Positions 11,084 through 22,949 of a stretch of 64,000 bases of DNA are shown in pieces. The notes beneath the pieces are model-generated. The model saw only the letters and a list, made by a program, of their open reading frames with translations, was not told the DNA's origin and searched no databases. Source of the stretch: Gammaproteobacteria bacterium (GTDB lineage: Bacteria > Pseudomonadota > Gammaproteobacteria > SZUA-229); NCBI GenBank assembly GCA_026195255.1, contig JAPHSS010000005.1, forward strand, positions 32,008 to 96,007, given 5' to 3'. Both the position numbers and the translations under genes were made by a program. Within the stretch, counting starts at the first letter, position 1. Each line of letters opens with the position of its first letter.

Positions 11084-11434
11084 ATGAATTTGATACGTAT
11101 TTCACTAATAATCACCACACTATTCTTAAGTTTCAGTATAAATGCAGCTGAATTATCTGATTTTGAAAAACAGCAAATTGCTAATGAGTTTAATAACTAT
11201 TTTAAAAGCACCGACAGCGGTTCGATGCAGACATTAAATAAAAACCCGTGGGCAGGTAAACGTGCAAGACAGAACGAACGCACTAAAAAGATCTTACAGG
11301 TCAGCGCCACATTGGGTAATTGTAAGCAATATTCATTAAAACAACGCCGCCAATGCTTTGTTAATGGCAATAACCCTGCTTCATGTGAACTATCATATAA
11401 AGCAAGACTTGATCATTGCAATAGAAACTTCTAA
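11084..11434 (+). CDS. Small secreted protein with four cysteines at the C-terminus (hypothetical)
   Basis: Signal peptide. It is followed by a strong terminator. Confidence 0.45.
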   Translation: MNLIRISLIITTLFLSFSINAAELSDFEKQQIANEFNNYFKSTDSGSMQTLNKNPWAGKRARQNERTKKILQVSATLGNCKQYSLKQRRQCFVNGNNPASCELSYKARLDHCNRNF

Positions 11435-11450
11435 GCAGATATTATTTATT

Positions 11451-11484
11451 AAAAAAAAGCCCGATTTAATCGGGCTTTTTTTTT
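11451..11484. terminator. Bidirectional rho-independent terminator (A-run, GCCCGAT-TTA-ATCGGGC hairpin, T-run)
   Basis: The sequence shows AAAAAAAAGCCCGATTTAATCGGGCTTTTTTTTT. It sits between convergent genes. Confidence 0.75.
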
Positions 11485-11518
11485 GCTTTAATTTATGTTT
11501 ATTAATTTATGATGTATT

Positions 11519-11872
11519 CTATTCATCAGGCACGTAAAACTCGGTTTGAGTTCCGATTCCTGAATTAGCATCATATATTTTGAATTCATGTGTACCTATT
11601 TTAATAAGATCACTATGACTTAGTCTCTTACTGGTCACTTTAGCACCATTTAAATATGTGCCATTTGTGCTTCCCAGGTCCTCCAGAGTTATATCAAATA
11701 TTGAATCCATATAGGGACTACGCTCTACAATTAATTTAGCGTGATGACTACTAACTGCCCCATCCTCTAGTTGCATACTGTTACCTTTAGCTCTGCCAAT
11801 AGTGAATTCTCCAACCTGTATTTCGAAGTCAGAGACAACTACGCCATTAACAATATGTTTTAATTTAATCAA
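11519..11872 (-). CDS. FHA-domain protein (stand-alone forkhead-associated domain)
   Basis: FHA signature GR....QLED..VS..HA.L ... STNGT.LNG. Confidence 0.75.
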   Translation of the reverse strand: MIKLKHIVNGVVVSDFEIQVGEFTIGRAKGNSMQLEDGAVSSHHAKLIVERSPYMDSIFDITLEDLGSTNGTYLNGAKVTSKRLSHSDLIKIGTHEFKIYDANSGIGTQTEFYVPDE

Positions 11873-12415
11873 TCTCTATAGTCCTCTTAATAATAAAAGA
11901 CAAATTATAACCGTTAATAACAACCATTAATATTATATAAATCACAAACTACCTGTAGCAATCTAAATTTAAGTCATTAAGAGAAAAAGTTTGAATAAAA
12001 ACTGACATTTAAATAAAACAACAAGTAATAATTAAGTATAACGCCTTATTTTATGGAAATATGTAATATACAGGGCACAAGCTCACTAAAAGATGGTCCA
12101 TCTCTTTATCTTTTTATTAGTTAGTCCATACTAATTTCAAGCATATTAAAGGCAAACATCATAACGCTTAGTGTACAGCGATAGTAACAACACGGCATAA
12201 AATGCAACAATCTTCAATGCGTTTATCTACAGCGATTAAGTTACCACTCAATATGAGCATCGGATTATATTAAGTGATAATTTAAAACCAGTTGATAAAG
12301 ATCAAATCAAGCAACCATTAGCAAGCCAGAATATTACTACCATCTAATAAGGGTACCCTAAAGAAAATAGAATCAACCTATTGTAAATAATTATAAAAAA
12401 GTTAATCCGTTTATC

Positions 12416-12856
12416 TTAATCTTTAGCTTCTCTGTTTAAGTTAATCTGCTCAAATTTAGATTCTAATATATCCCTGTATGTATTCATCTTTTCTCTGACA
12501 TCTGACTTTGCATTAACATAATCACCCTTTATACCAGCCGCTTCCCAGCGATCATATCGATGTAATGTAGCGTCACTTTCCTGTATTAGAGATGAGAGAG
12601 CTATGATTTCCAGATTAAGACTGTTCTGCCTTGTTAATATATCAAACTGCTTTTTTTGTGAATCAAATTTTATAACTACAAGGCTCAATGAGAATATTGC
12701 AGCTAATAAAGCCATTATTGAAAACCAGTTATTAACTTTATAAATGTGCTCTTCAATAATAAAGTCTGCTGCATTACTGGAGGGAAGAATAATTGAATAA
12801 TACCAGAGTAATAGAATACTTAATAATAAACAGATTAAAATCATTATATTTTTCAT
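12416..12856 (-). CDS. Membrane-anchored hypothetical protein (two N-terminal TM helices)
   Basis: Hydrophobic N-terminus. No recognisable domain. Confidence 0.4.
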   Translation of the reverse strand: MKNIMILICLLLSILLLWYYSIILPSSNAADFIIEEHIYKVNNWFSIMALLAAIFSLSLVVIKFDSQKKQFDILTRQNSLNLEIIALSSLIQESDATLHRYDRWEAAGIKGDYVNAKSDVREKMNTYRDILESKFEQINLNREAKD

Positions 12857-13299
12857 ATATTTTACCAGATCAATTTATTTTGCAGATGATTATATAAATA
12901 TGTAAAATTTTATAGTGTGAGGAAACTCACATGAAGAAGTTTTTTAAACTGAACCTTGACTTTATTGATTGTTCGCATTTACAAACAATTTTTCGATTTT
13001 TGTGTCAACTCATCCAATATGTATAAAAATGTGAGTGTAGACAGGAACAGTTAGAGCCTTACCGGCATTGCTCTTTCGGGCCTTGCATAACTCATGTCTT
13101 GCACATAAACGCAATGCCACAGGCATAGAATGTCCTCGACTTGTCCGAACATATCAATAAGCAGCCCACTCATGGCACAGACTAATTAGTAAACTCAGAT
13201 ATATAAAAGCAAATAATCTTAGTTGTAATAATGCACTTTCGTTTTAATCATACTAGACTACTAAATAATAAGCTCCGGATGAACCAATGCCAGTGAAAG

Positions 13300-15402
13300 A
13301 TGCGTAAGAAAAACAATATTAATTTATTCAATCACTCTGCTTTATTATTGTGTTTATCGCTTTGTAGTTCTAATGCAATGGCACAGACTGACCCGAATAA
13401 AAGGCTAGATCACTTTATCTCTCTGAGCCTGGAAGACCTGGTAAGCCTTGAAACCACAATTGCCACCGCGTCTAAACAGACCACTACTAAAGCGCCTGCC
13501 GTAGTTACCTTGATAACTGCTGAAGATATTAAAGCAACCGGCGCCATCAATCTGGTCGACGTACTAGAAGGCGTTCCCGGTATACACATTAGAGAAAATC
13601 AGTTTGGCTTTAGACCTCTCATTCAATTTAGAGGTGCCAAAGGCACACAAACTTTATTAATGATTAACGGCAATTCCATGGCAGATCTTGTATGGAATTT
13701 CGGTATTTTCTGGAAAGGTTTGCCAGCAAGTATTATAGAACGAGTAGAAATAATCCGTGGCCCGGGCTCTGCCCTGTTTGGTGCAGATGCATCAGCAGGT
13801 GTTATCAATGTTATAACCAAAACAGCTGTAAATATAGAGCACTCTGAAGCGGGGTTTAGAGCGGGTAGTTTCGACACAAAAACTGCCTGGATGCAACACG
13901 GAGCCAATCTAAACGGCTATCAAATTGCAATAACTGCCAATATTTCAGATACTAATGGTCATAATCCATTTATTGAAACTGACGGTCAGTCGTTAACTGA
14001 CCAGACTTTCAATACTAATGTATCCCTGGCTCCCGCTAATGCTCAATATGGCTGGCGCAATGAGGATATACGTTTCTCAGTTGCAAAAGATCACTGGCGC
14101 TTACAAACTGACTATGTGCGTCACAGTGACCTGGAAATAGGTTTGACCGGGTTCGGGGTTCTAGATCCTGTCACAAATGCGACTGATAGCCGTATTAACA
14201 TCGATCTGTTATATAACAACGCTCAATTTAGTGATAACTGGTCACTTAATATGGACCTGCACTACCAGCATATTGATTCTAACTCAGGCACAGGTTTTCA
14301 GGAGCGCCCTCCGGGTTATGTTGATGCGACAGGCACATACCCTGATGGACTGTTAAATCAATATGAATCGGCCGAACGTCGACTGGTTTATGAAGTTAGT
14401 ACGCTGTTTAGCGGAATTGATGACCATTCCATTCGTATAGGCGCTGGATATACCTGGCAAGACTTATATTCTGTAACACACAGAGTTAACTTTGGTAACG
14501 CACCTGATGGCACTGAACTTCCCGCAGGTGGACCATTAGTTGATATATCCGAGTCTCCATTTGCATTCACACCTGAAGAAACACGGCGGATTAATCATAT
14601 ATACATACAGGACATCTGGACAATTAATGACACATGGGAGCTCACTGCAGGCGGCAGATATGATGACTATTCAGACTTTGGTAATACATTTAACCCCCGT
14701 CTTGCTCTGGTTTGGCAAACTACAGATAAACTCACCAGTAAATTAATATATGGCAAAGCTTTTCGTCCACCATCATATTTAGAGCTTTATGATGAGACCT
14801 CATTTACAACGCCTAACCCTAACCTTGACCCTGAGCGCTCAGAAACCATTGAAGTTGCATTTTCTTATATCGTTAAACAAAACCTGCAGTTAGGTCTGAA
14901 TATTTATAAATTCGATCAAACGGACATTACCCGCCCTACTGGTACTTCAGGACAGTTCATGAACAGCGGCGATCATTCTATCAATGGAATAGAGCTTGAA
15001 GCGCGTTGGCAAGCATCAAAGAATATCAGTATTTATGCTAATTACACCGTACGAGACCAGGATGAGACTAACCTGAGAGCCGTTCAGGAACCTGATGAAG
15101 ACGCTTACTTACGTACTGACTGGGGGTTTTCACCTAAGTGGAACTGGAATATTCAGGCAAACTGGATTGGTAAACGCCCAAGAAACACAAGTGGCACAAA
15201 CCCTGATTTACGCCCTGCAGTGGATGACTATGTAATCACTGACACCACCCTTCGATATGCTGCAACAAATAACTGGGAATTTGCCGCTTCTATTCGCAAC
15301 TTATTTGATAATGATGCCAGGGAATTTACCGGGCGTTCAATTGAAAATGATTTACCTCTACCTGAACGAAATATTTATGCAGAAGTACGTTATAAATTTT
15401 AA
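13300..15402 (+). CDS. TonB-dependent outer-membrane receptor
   Basis: Signal peptide, plug-domain motifs, a long beta-barrel, and a C-terminal aromatic residue (YKF). Confidence 0.85.
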   Translation: MRKKNNINLFNHSALLLCLSLCSSNAMAQTDPNKRLDHFISLSLEDLVSLETTIATASKQTTTKAPAVVTLITAEDIKATGAINLVDVLEGVPGIHIRENQFGFRPLIQFRGAKGTQTLLMINGNSMADLVWNFGIFWKGLPASIIERVEIIRGPGSALFGADASAGVINVITKTAVNIEHSEAGFRAGSFDTKTAWMQHGANLNGYQIAITANISDTNGHNPFIETDGQSLTDQTFNTNVSLAPANAQYGWRNEDIRFSVAKDHWRLQTDYVRHSDLEIGLTGFGVLDPVTNATDSRINIDLLYNNAQFSDNWSLNMDLHYQHIDSNSGTGFQERPPGYVDATGTYPDGLLNQYESAERRLVYEVSTLFSGIDDHSIRIGAGYTWQDLYSVTHRVNFGNAPDGTELPAGGPLVDISESPFAFTPEETRRINHIYIQDIWTINDTWELTAGGRYDDYSDFGNTFNPRLALVWQTTDKLTSKLIYGKAFRPPSYLELYDETSFTTPNPNLDPERSETIEVAFSYIVKQNLQLGLNIYKFDQTDITRPTGTSGQFMNSGDHSINGIELEARWQASKNISIYANYTVRDQDETNLRAVQEPDEDAYLRTDWGFSPKWNWNIQANWIGKRPRNTSGTNPDLRPAVDDYVITDTTLRYAATNNWEFAASIRNLFDNDAREFTGRSIENDLPLPERNIYAEVRYKF

Positions 15403-15672
15403 CTTTTTAGAAAGGGAAAGATTAGCAGAAGGAAGACAACATGAACATATTCCAAAACACACAATCAACTTTTCATTATCTAAAAAAATATTGTGCTGTA
15501 CAATGGTAATTTAATAAATGATATTATTTTGTTTTAATACAGTATCAATTATATCTGTTTACATTCTTAAACTTACATTTTTCATGAAAAGTTTAACTGT
15601 GCCTTATATAGAATATTTCACTATAAACAGTTCTGACGCTATTATTAAACGCCAACACTTTATATATTTAGG

Positions 15673-16227
15673 GTGGCTGATTTGAAAAAATACAGCCTGC
15701 TTTTGTTTTTAACCTGTATATTATTCTCATCTAATGCATTTACAGCAGAGATAGACTCAGAAGAAGAACGCCTGTTCAAAGCAGCCTTTACATATAATTT
15801 TGCTAAATTCACTATCTGGCCAGAAAACACACCAGGCAATAACGGTCCATTAATACTTTGCACTATTGGTAAAAGTAAACTCATTAATGATCTTAACCGC
15901 CTGGAAGGTAAAAATATTAAAGGCAGAGCTGTTGCTATTGAAAAAGTTAGCAGCGACAAATCTAAAGACCATTGCCATATTCTTTATATTGCAAAATCCG
16001 AGAAAAACAGAGTCGCTAACATATTAAAATCCATTAACAGAAAGCCTATACTAACCGTTAGTGAAATATCTAACTTTATTGAAAAAGGCGGTGTAATTCA
16101 ATTCTACCGAAAAGATGGTAAAACAAACCTCATCATCAATCTGAATACTGCTCGTAAATCAGGTTTAGAAATAAGCTCACGCTTGCTCATCTTAGCTGAA
16201 GTTGTCAACAATGAGGAAACACCATGA
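15673..16227 (+). CDS. YfiR-like periplasmic protein (DUF4154)
   Basis: Signal peptide. Its 3' end overlaps the downstream kinase start by 4 nt. Confidence 0.55.
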   Translation: MADLKKYSLLLFLTCILFSSNAFTAEIDSEEERLFKAAFTYNFAKFTIWPENTPGNNGPLILCTIGKSKLINDLNRLEGKNIKGRAVAIEKVSSDKSKDHCHILYIAKSEKNRVANILKSINRKPILTVSEISNFIEKGGVIQFYRKDGKTNLIINLNTARKSGLEISSRLLILAEVVNNEETP

Positions 16228-18548
16228 TATTTAAAAACACCTCAATCAAGAGAAAACTTCAAGCTATTATTTTACTAACAGCGACAATCGTACTGTTACT
16301 CAGCTTTACCTTACTTATAATAGTTGAGATAGCGACGTCCCGAGATGACACAGCCGATCAACTACACACATTAGCAACGGTATTAAGTGCAAACAGCAGT
16401 GCTGCAATAACATATCGAGATCAGTTCGCAACTGCAGAGATATTATCGACCTTATCTTCACAGAAAAATATTATATGGGCAGGCATCATAATTGACAATA
16501 ATATACTGGCAGAATATCAGTCACCAAAATTTAAAAAACTGACTGCGAAAAAACAAAAAGCAATAACTCAAAGCCAGACTCAAACATCACTCTTGTCTGG
16601 TACAGTTAGTGCAAATGAGCTCATTAAATTTGACAATGAAATAATCGGAAATTTTCATATAGTTGGCGACATGAGTCAGGCGCAGGCTGTTATAACAAAA
16701 CAGATATATATTCTTCTTGTGATATTTATTATTTCTATGATTATAGCGATATTGCTTTCAAATCGACTTCAGAGAATAGTATCCATACCCGTTAAACGCT
16801 TACTAAATACAATGGAAACTGTAGCCACTAATCGAGATTTTAGCTGTAGAGCTGAACCCATGAGTAATGATGAATTAGGCACATTAGTAAATGGTTTCAA
16901 CTCCATGTTAGATCAGATACAGGTTTACGATAAAAAAATTACCCGTTATCAACAAGATCTTGAAGCACTAGTTATTGATAGAACTAAAGAACTTGAATCA
17001 GCTAAAATATTAGCTGAAACTGCGAATCAGGCAAAAAGTGAATTTATTGCTACAATGAGTCACGAAATTCGTACCCCTATGAATGGGGTTATTGGTTTTA
17101 CTAACCTGTTGCATAAAACACCATTAAATGAAACACAAAAAGAATACCTGACAAACATAACCAGATCAACCGACACCCTGCTTAGCATAATAAATGATAT
17201 TCTCGATTTTTCAAAAATTGAAGCTGGAAAGCTAACACTTGAACATACCAATTTCTCTATAAATAAAGAACTTAATGATATACACGTTCTTTTTCAAAAT
17301 AGTCTCAAAGATAAAAACCTGGAATACAGAACCTTTATTGACAAGAACATACCAGCTGTACTCAGGGGAGACCCTGTAAGACTTAAACAGATCTTAAGCA
17401 ATCTTATCGCTAATGCAATTAAATTCACTCACAATGGAAGCATTACTTTAAGAATTGAATTAGACCCACAGGACGACCAGCCTGATAATATTATTAATTT
17501 AAATATTTCTGTTCATGACACAGGCATCGGCATACATCCTGAGCAACAGGCAAGACTATTTAAGGCTTTTCAACAGGGTGATAGCTCTATTACAAGACGT
17601 TATGGAGGAACTGGTTTAGGCCTGGTCATTACACAGCGACTGGTCGCTTTAATGGGTGGAGAAATAGAACTATCTAGCATACCTGATCAAGGTTCAACTT
17701 TTTCAATTAATATTAAGTTAGAAAAACCAGCAGATCTTAGCCTGAATTCAGCATTACATAAATCTCCTGTTTCAACAAAAAAACTTAAAAACAATATATC
17801 AGATTTACGTGTATTGGTAGTTGATGACAACAATATAAACCTTAAAGTTGCCACTACATTATTAGAAAATGAAGGTGCCAAAGTTATGTCTGCTGAGAAC
17901 GGCACTAAAGCTTTAGACATAATTGGCAAGCATAAATTTGATATCATTTTAATGGATCTCGAAATGCCTGACATGAGTGGCATAGAAACAACTCGCATCA
18001 TTCGAGAATCCGGACTTTGTAGTGAAGACACACCTATAATAGCCCTCACCGCTCATGCATTCTCAGATATAAGAGTCGACGTAATCGAATCAGGCATGAA
18101 TGATTTATTAGCCAAACCTTACAAACCACAAACTTTATTTGAAATAATTAACAGCTGGTTGTCACATAATATCAACAGACAGGAATTACAGAATAGTCTC
18201 AATAAAAATGAACACGAACTACTACAAACCTATAATTATGAATCAGCAATAGAAACGGTTGGTGGAGACAGCAATATAGCCAAAGAATTACTGAATGATT
18301 TTTTAGATAGTTTGGTTGAATTTGAAAAATCTATAAATAACGCCCACAAAAACTCTAATTATGAAAAACTTTATGACCTTACACACAAGCTTTCTGGCTC
18401 CACATCAGCTATCGGCGCATCAGAACTCCATGCAGAAACAATAACGCTACAAAACTTACTTAAACAAAAACCACCATCAGATAAACTTATAGATGCCAGC
18501 GTTGTAGCATTAATTCATAAATGTAATGCTTTCAGAAATTTTTTCTAA
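16224..18548 (+). CDS. Hybrid sensor histidine kinase with HAMP, HisKA, HATPase, REC and C-terminal Hpt domains
   Basis: H-box [15 protein letters not shown]-box GTGLGLVI. Receiver domain VVDDN...[14 protein letters not shown]. Hpt histidine context [12 protein letters not shown]. Confidence 0.85.
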   Translation: MIFKNTSIKRKLQAIILLTATIVLLLSFTLLIIVEIATSRDDTADQLHTLATVLSANSSAAITYRDQFATAEILSTLSSQKNIIWAGIIIDNNILAEYQSPKFKKLTAKKQKAITQSQTQTSLLSGTVSANELIKFDNEIIGNFHIVGDMSQAQAVITKQIYILLVIFIISMIIAILLSNRLQRIVSIPVKRLLNTMETVATNRDFSCRAEPMSNDELGTLVNGFNSMLDQIQVYDKKITRYQQDLEALVIDRTKELESAKILAETANQAKSEFIATMSHEIRTPMNGVIGFTNLLHKTPLNETQKEYLTNITRSTDTLLSIINDILDFSKIEAGKLTLEHTNFSINKELNDIHVLFQNSLKDKNLEYRTFIDKNIPAVLRGDPVRLKQILSNLIANAIKFTHNGSITLRIELDPQDDQPDNIINLNISVHDTGIGIHPEQQARLFKAFQQGDSSITRRYGGTGLGLVITQRLVALMGGEIELSSIPDQGSTFSINIKLEKPADLSLNSALHKSPVSTKKLKNNISDLRVLVVDDNNINLKVATTLLENEGAKVMSAENGTKALDIIGKHKFDIILMDLEMPDMSGIETTRIIRESGLCSEDTPIIALTAHAFSDIRVDVIESGMNDLLAKPYKPQTLFEIINSWLSHNINRQELQNSLNKNEHELLQTYNYESAIETVGGDSNIAKELLNDFLDSLVEFEKSINNAHKNSNYEKLYDLTHKLSGSTSAIGASELHAETITLQNLLKQKPPSDKLIDASVVALIHKCNAFRNFF

Positions 18549-18569
18549 TCTGGCTAAGCAAAAAACTTA

Positions 18570-21170
18570 TTATCTGTGCATATTTTTTTTTGTTTTACTT
18601 GTCGCCTGAGCAGTAAAAGGATCATCTGGCCAGTAATGCCTTTTGTATTTACCTCGCAGCTCCTTTTTAACTTCAAAATAGGTCGTTTTCCAGAAGCTAT
18701 TTAAATCCTGTGTAACCTGCATAGGCTTTCTTGCTGGTGATAATAGATGCATCATTAACCTGCAGTGGCCACAGAGAATAACAGGTGTTTCATATAAACC
18801 AAACACCTCCTGCAATCTGACAGCAAGCACAGGCTGTATTATATCACTGTAATCGATACTTATTTTTGAACCACTGGGCACGTTTATTTTTTCTGGTGCC
18901 AGGTGATTTACTAACTGACGTTGATCCCAGCTTAACTGAGACTTGAGTAAAGCATACAAATCAAGATCATTTACCTGTTTGATACTATTCTCTGTTGAAA
19001 GGTGCGGTAGAAGCCATAAATGCATAGTATTAATTAAAGCATCATCTGAAAACTCAGGTAACACACTGGTTTTCAACTCATGAATTTCAATATCATTATG
19101 ATTGACATAATAATCTATAAATAATAACCGGTTTCTTAAGGATTTTGCTTCAGGTGTCCAGTTTAAACAGTCCAGGCCAATACGTTTTATAGATAACAAC
19201 AAACACTCATGAATGGAACGTTTATCTTCAGGTGTAATTAGGTTTTCTTTTAAAGAAAGCTTACCTATTGTCGTAGATTGCTTCACCTCGACTCGTTGCT
19301 GAGTTTCATTCCATTGAGTTGTTTCTGAAGATTCGATCAAATTATTAAAATACTCATGCAACTGGGAAGAACTTATTTCAGCAGCCAGATAAATAATTGC
19401 TTCACCTTGCGCACCTCGACCTGACAGATCATCAAGATTAGCGACTACTATATATTCGTAAAGATGATGTGCTAAATACTCAGGAATAAATGCCCCTTTA
19501 CCATTACTCAACAAATACCGTGCGTCACCAGGGCGTCGTTGCTTTGCTATTCTGTCAGGGTAGGCATAGGCTAATAAAACGCCACTATAGCTAATATCAA
19601 CTTTATTGTTAGACGCATTAACATCTCCTTTGATACGCCTATAAAAATCATCTGCCGTTTTAATAATTCGCTGACATTGCTGTTTATCAACATCATGATG
19701 TAATTTATTTAAAGTCTTAAATTCATTTAGAATATTAATTCTATCAATAATGTCTAATGTTTTATCCTTCTGTGAATAGAACAAATCTTTTTCTGATAAA
19801 ATACTCGCAATAAGACAGGCATGATATGCCTGATTAAGCTTGATAGATGATATTATCATATGTGCTAAACGTGGATGACTGCCTAAGTTTAACAAGGCAC
19901 GACCATGGTCATTAATTTTTCCACATTCATCCACTGCATTAAGTTTACGCAGTAATACTACAGCCTGCTCTACTGATTTTTCTGGCGGTTCATCCATCCA
20001 TTGTAATTCATTAACCTGCAGTGCCCCCCAGTTAGTCAATTCAAGGACTAATGTAGATAAATCGCTATATAAGATTTCAGCTAATGAGTGCTTTACTAAA
20101 CGTTGTTGCTGTTGAGATGTCCACATTCTCAAACAAATACCCGCAGACAAGCGGCCTGCGCGACCAGCACGCTGAGTAGCTGAATCTTCAGAAATAAACT
20201 GGGTTTTTAACCCGTTCATTGCGGATACTGAACTGTACTTTAGTATCCGTTCGAGCCCTGAATCGATAACACAACTTATACCATCTATCGTTAAACTGGT
20301 CTCGGCTATATTGGTTGCTAAAACAATTTTTCTAATGCCATCGGCACAAACATCTATTGCCCGGTTTTGCTGTAACTTGCTTAAACTACCGTGAAGTGGC
20401 GTTACAATAATATCTGTAATTAATTCTGATTTAATAATTTGTTGAAGCTGAGACAGTAATTGATTAATTTCTTTAACGCCGGGCAAAAATACCAGGCAGC
20501 TGCCCTCATATTCATGCATAACCCACTTCACAGCATCCGTTATATGAGAAATAAGTGCTCTATTATTATCATAAACACTGCCACTCTGTTTTATCGGTTT
20601 ATCTAAATATCTGATATCAACCGGGTAGCTTCTTCCAGCGCTCTGTATAATAGGTGCATTATCTAATAAATCTGAAATCGCAGCTGTATTAAGTGTTGCC
20701 GACATTACAAGAATTTTTAATTTTTCATTTAGTATCTGCTGACTTTGTAAACACAGTGCTAACGACAGATCGGCATGTAAACTACGCTCATGAAATTCAT
20801 CAAAAATAACTAAAGCTACTTTTTCAAGCTCTGGATCTGCCTGTAACTTTCTCGTTAATATGCCCTCAGTAACAACCAGTATTTTAGTTTTATCACTAAA
20901 ACAACGTTCCTGGCGAATCTGATAACCTACCGTCTCACCTGGTTTCTCATTTAACAAAAAAGCCATACGGGCGGCTGCATTCCTGGCTGCAATTCGCCGT
21001 GGTTCAAGAACAATGATCTGTTTATCTCTCAACCAGGCCTGGTTAAGTAAGGCAATCGGAACAGCAGTGGTTTTACCTGCTCCGGGAGGCGCCTGTAATA
21101 CAACACGATTGTGTGTACTTAATGTATCTAATATTTCGCTTAAAACGTCTTTAATAGGTAAATTATGCAT
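18570..21170 (-). CDS. hrpB: ATP-dependent DEAH-box helicase HrpB
   Basis: Walker A PPGAGKTT and DEFHER motif. The ~866-aa length and HrpB-type C-terminal region are consistent. Confidence 0.85.
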   Translation of the reverse strand: MHNLPIKDVLSEILDTLSTHNRVVLQAPPGAGKTTAVPIALLNQAWLRDKQIIVLEPRRIAARNAAARMAFLLNEKPGETVGYQIRQERCFSDKTKILVVTEGILTRKLQADPELEKVALVIFDEFHERSLHADLSLALCLQSQQILNEKLKILVMSATLNTAAISDLLDNAPIIQSAGRSYPVDIRYLDKPIKQSGSVYDNNRALISHITDAVKWVMHEYEGSCLVFLPGVKEINQLLSQLQQIIKSELITDIIVTPLHGSLSKLQQNRAIDVCADGIRKIVLATNIAETSLTIDGISCVIDSGLERILKYSSVSAMNGLKTQFISEDSATQRAGRAGRLSAGICLRMWTSQQQQRLVKHSLAEILYSDLSTLVLELTNWGALQVNELQWMDEPPEKSVEQAVVLLRKLNAVDECGKINDHGRALLNLGSHPRLAHMIISSIKLNQAYHACLIASILSEKDLFYSQKDKTLDIIDRINILNEFKTLNKLHHDVDKQQCQRIIKTADDFYRRIKGDVNASNNKVDISYSGVLLAYAYPDRIAKQRRPGDARYLLSNGKGAFIPEYLAHHLYEYIVVANLDDLSGRGAQGEAIIYLAAEISSSQLHEYFNNLIESSETTQWNETQQRVEVKQSTTIGKLSLKENLITPEDKRSIHECLLLSIKRIGLDCLNWTPEAKSLRNRLLFIDYYVNHNDIEIHELKTSVLPEFSDDALINTMHLWLLPHLSTENSIKQVNDLDLYALLKSQLSWDQRQLVNHLAPEKINVPSGSKISIDYSDIIQPVLAVRLQEVFGLYETPVILCGHCRLMMHLLSPARKPMQVTQDLNSFWKTTYFEVKKELRGKYKRHYWPDDPFTAQATSKTKKNMHR

Positions 21171-21202
21171 TATTTACTACAACTGGCTTTTACCTAAAAA
21201 CA

Positions 21203-21415
21203 TTAACTATCAGTTTTTTTATTAGCTTTTATACAAAACATTATAAATAATGAATTCCAGTTATCATAACCTTTAACATCATCGATATTATTTAGATCCG
21301 GTTGATCCTTTAAATACTTTATAGACTGTTCTATTTGATGGTCATTAACACCATTTAATTTAACCAGATCAATTGCCGCTTTAGATGGTGACCAGTCACT
21401 TAATAATTTGCACAT
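21203..21415 (-). CDS. Small hypothetical ORF between the rhlE-like gene and hrpB
   Basis: ORF only. No recognisable motifs. Confidence 0.2.
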   Translation of the reverse strand: MCKLLSDWSPSKAAIDLVKLNGVNDHQIEQSIKYLKDQPDLNNIDDVKGYDNWNSLFIMFCIKANKKTDS

Positions 21416-21452
21416 AAAGAGTATTCTTATACTTTAAAACTTGTTTATAGAT

Positions 21453-22682
21453 TTATTTTTTTCTACGTTTTATTTTAGTTTGTGTGGCTTTATTAACACG
21501 CGCCGGGCGCTTGTTATTTGCTATTTTTTCTAACAATGAGTCACGATTACCTACTTCATAACCAGGCATGGTGACGCGTTTAATTTTATTACCAGTTAAA
21601 CGCTCTATATTATTTAACGAGCGCTCTTCTTCCCTGCTGACAAATGATATTGCCTGACCTTTAGTTCCAGCTCTGCCTGTTCTACCTATACGATGAACAT
21701 AATCTTCCGCTAAATAAGGCAAATTATAATTAATCACATGTTCCAGACCCTGTATATCCAGACCACGAGCGGCAACTTCTGTTGCAATTAAAACCTGTAT
21801 TTTATCTGATTTAAAATCAGCAACCGCCCTTCGTCTTGCGCCCTGACTTTTATCACTGTGACACACAGCTGAGGTTATTTTATTGTGTTTGAGCTCTTTC
21901 TGTAATTCATCAGCCTGTGCTTTTGTGCTCGTAAACACCAACACTTTAAACCAGTTTTCTTGCCATAATAATTCAAGAAACAGATCAGCTTTACGGCGTT
22001 CTTCTACCGCATATACAACATGCTCAACCGTGTCAGCTGTTGCATTCTGTTTAGCAACACTTACCACTTTATGTTTATTAAGAATTTTATGAGCCAGCTC
22101 ATTTACTGCTTTAGACATAGTCGCTGAAAACAGCATAGTTTGATGCCTGGCAGGCGTTTGTTTTAATAAAGTCTGAACATCACTAATAAACCCCATATCC
22201 AGCATACGATCGGCTTCATCTAAAACGACAAACTCAACTTCCGTAAGATGTACATTACATTGAGATAAATGCTCTAGTAAACGCCCCGGTGTGGAAATCA
22301 GAATATCTACTCCGGCCTTTAATTTTTTCTGCTGCCCGGATACCTTAACACCACCGTAAGCCGCCATAACTGAAATAGATGTAAACTGTGCGTAAGCCTT
22401 TATAGTGCTGGCAAGCTGCTCTGCTAGTTCTCTTGTGGGGGTTAAAATGAGCGCACGGGGTCTTTCCGCAATAGTCGGTTTAGAACGATCGAGCAATTTT
22501 TGTAATATAGGTAATGCAAAAGCCGCTGTTTTTCCCGTACCTGTTTGTGCATTGGCTAATATATCCTGCCCCTTACGCGCTAACGGAATGGCATTTTCCT
22601 GTATAGCCGTCATTTGCTTGTAACCACAGGCATCCACAGCTTTCTGAAGCTCTGCAGATAGATTTAAAGAAGAAAAATTCAT
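21453..22682 (-). CDS. rhlE: DEAD-box ATP-dependent RNA helicase (RhlE-like)
   Basis: Q-motif, AQTGTGKT, DEAD (VLDEADRMLDMGF), SAT, HRIGRTGR, and a basic C-terminal tail. Confidence 0.8.
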   Translation of the reverse strand: MNFSSLNLSAELQKAVDACGYKQMTAIQENAIPLARKGQDILANAQTGTGKTAAFALPILQKLLDRSKPTIAERPRALILTPTRELAEQLASTIKAYAQFTSISVMAAYGGVKVSGQQKKLKAGVDILISTPGRLLEHLSQCNVHLTEVEFVVLDEADRMLDMGFISDVQTLLKQTPARHQTMLFSATMSKAVNELAHKILNKHKVVSVAKQNATADTVEHVVYAVEERRKADLFLELLWQENWFKVLVFTSTKAQADELQKELKHNKITSAVCHSDKSQGARRRAVADFKSDKIQVLIATEVAARGLDIQGLEHVINYNLPYLAEDYVHRIGRTGRAGTKGQAISFVSREEERSLNNIERLTGNKIKRVTMPGYEVGNRDSLLEKIANNKRPARVNKATQTKIKRRKK

Positions 22683-22949
22683 GTTATTTCCTGAAGCAAC
22701 ATATTAAGACCAAAATGGACGCCGATTATAGAGGATTTAGAGCTTTTAAGTATGATTCTTTATAGCTGATTTTAACGACCAATAAACTGATTAGAGTACT
22801 TTTTTGAGGCATTTATTATCTATTACTAAATAACCCTCATGGCGAATCATTGAATAAGTCTTAATCACCCCCACCTGTATAATAACAAATTAATAAATCA
22901 GTGTTTTTTATAATTTTAAAAGACATCAACATTATTCAAAGGAATAGTT

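Noticed and set aside
13081-13200. Cobalamin riboswitch call upstream of the TonB receptor
   Set aside because: There is only a partial B12-box-like string (GCCACAG) and no clear conserved helices. I downgraded it to a low-confidence finding.
15257-15514. 85-aa ORF overlapping the 3' end of the TonB-dependent receptor
   Set aside because: It overlaps a strong CDS, runs into AT-rich intergenic DNA, and has no RBS.
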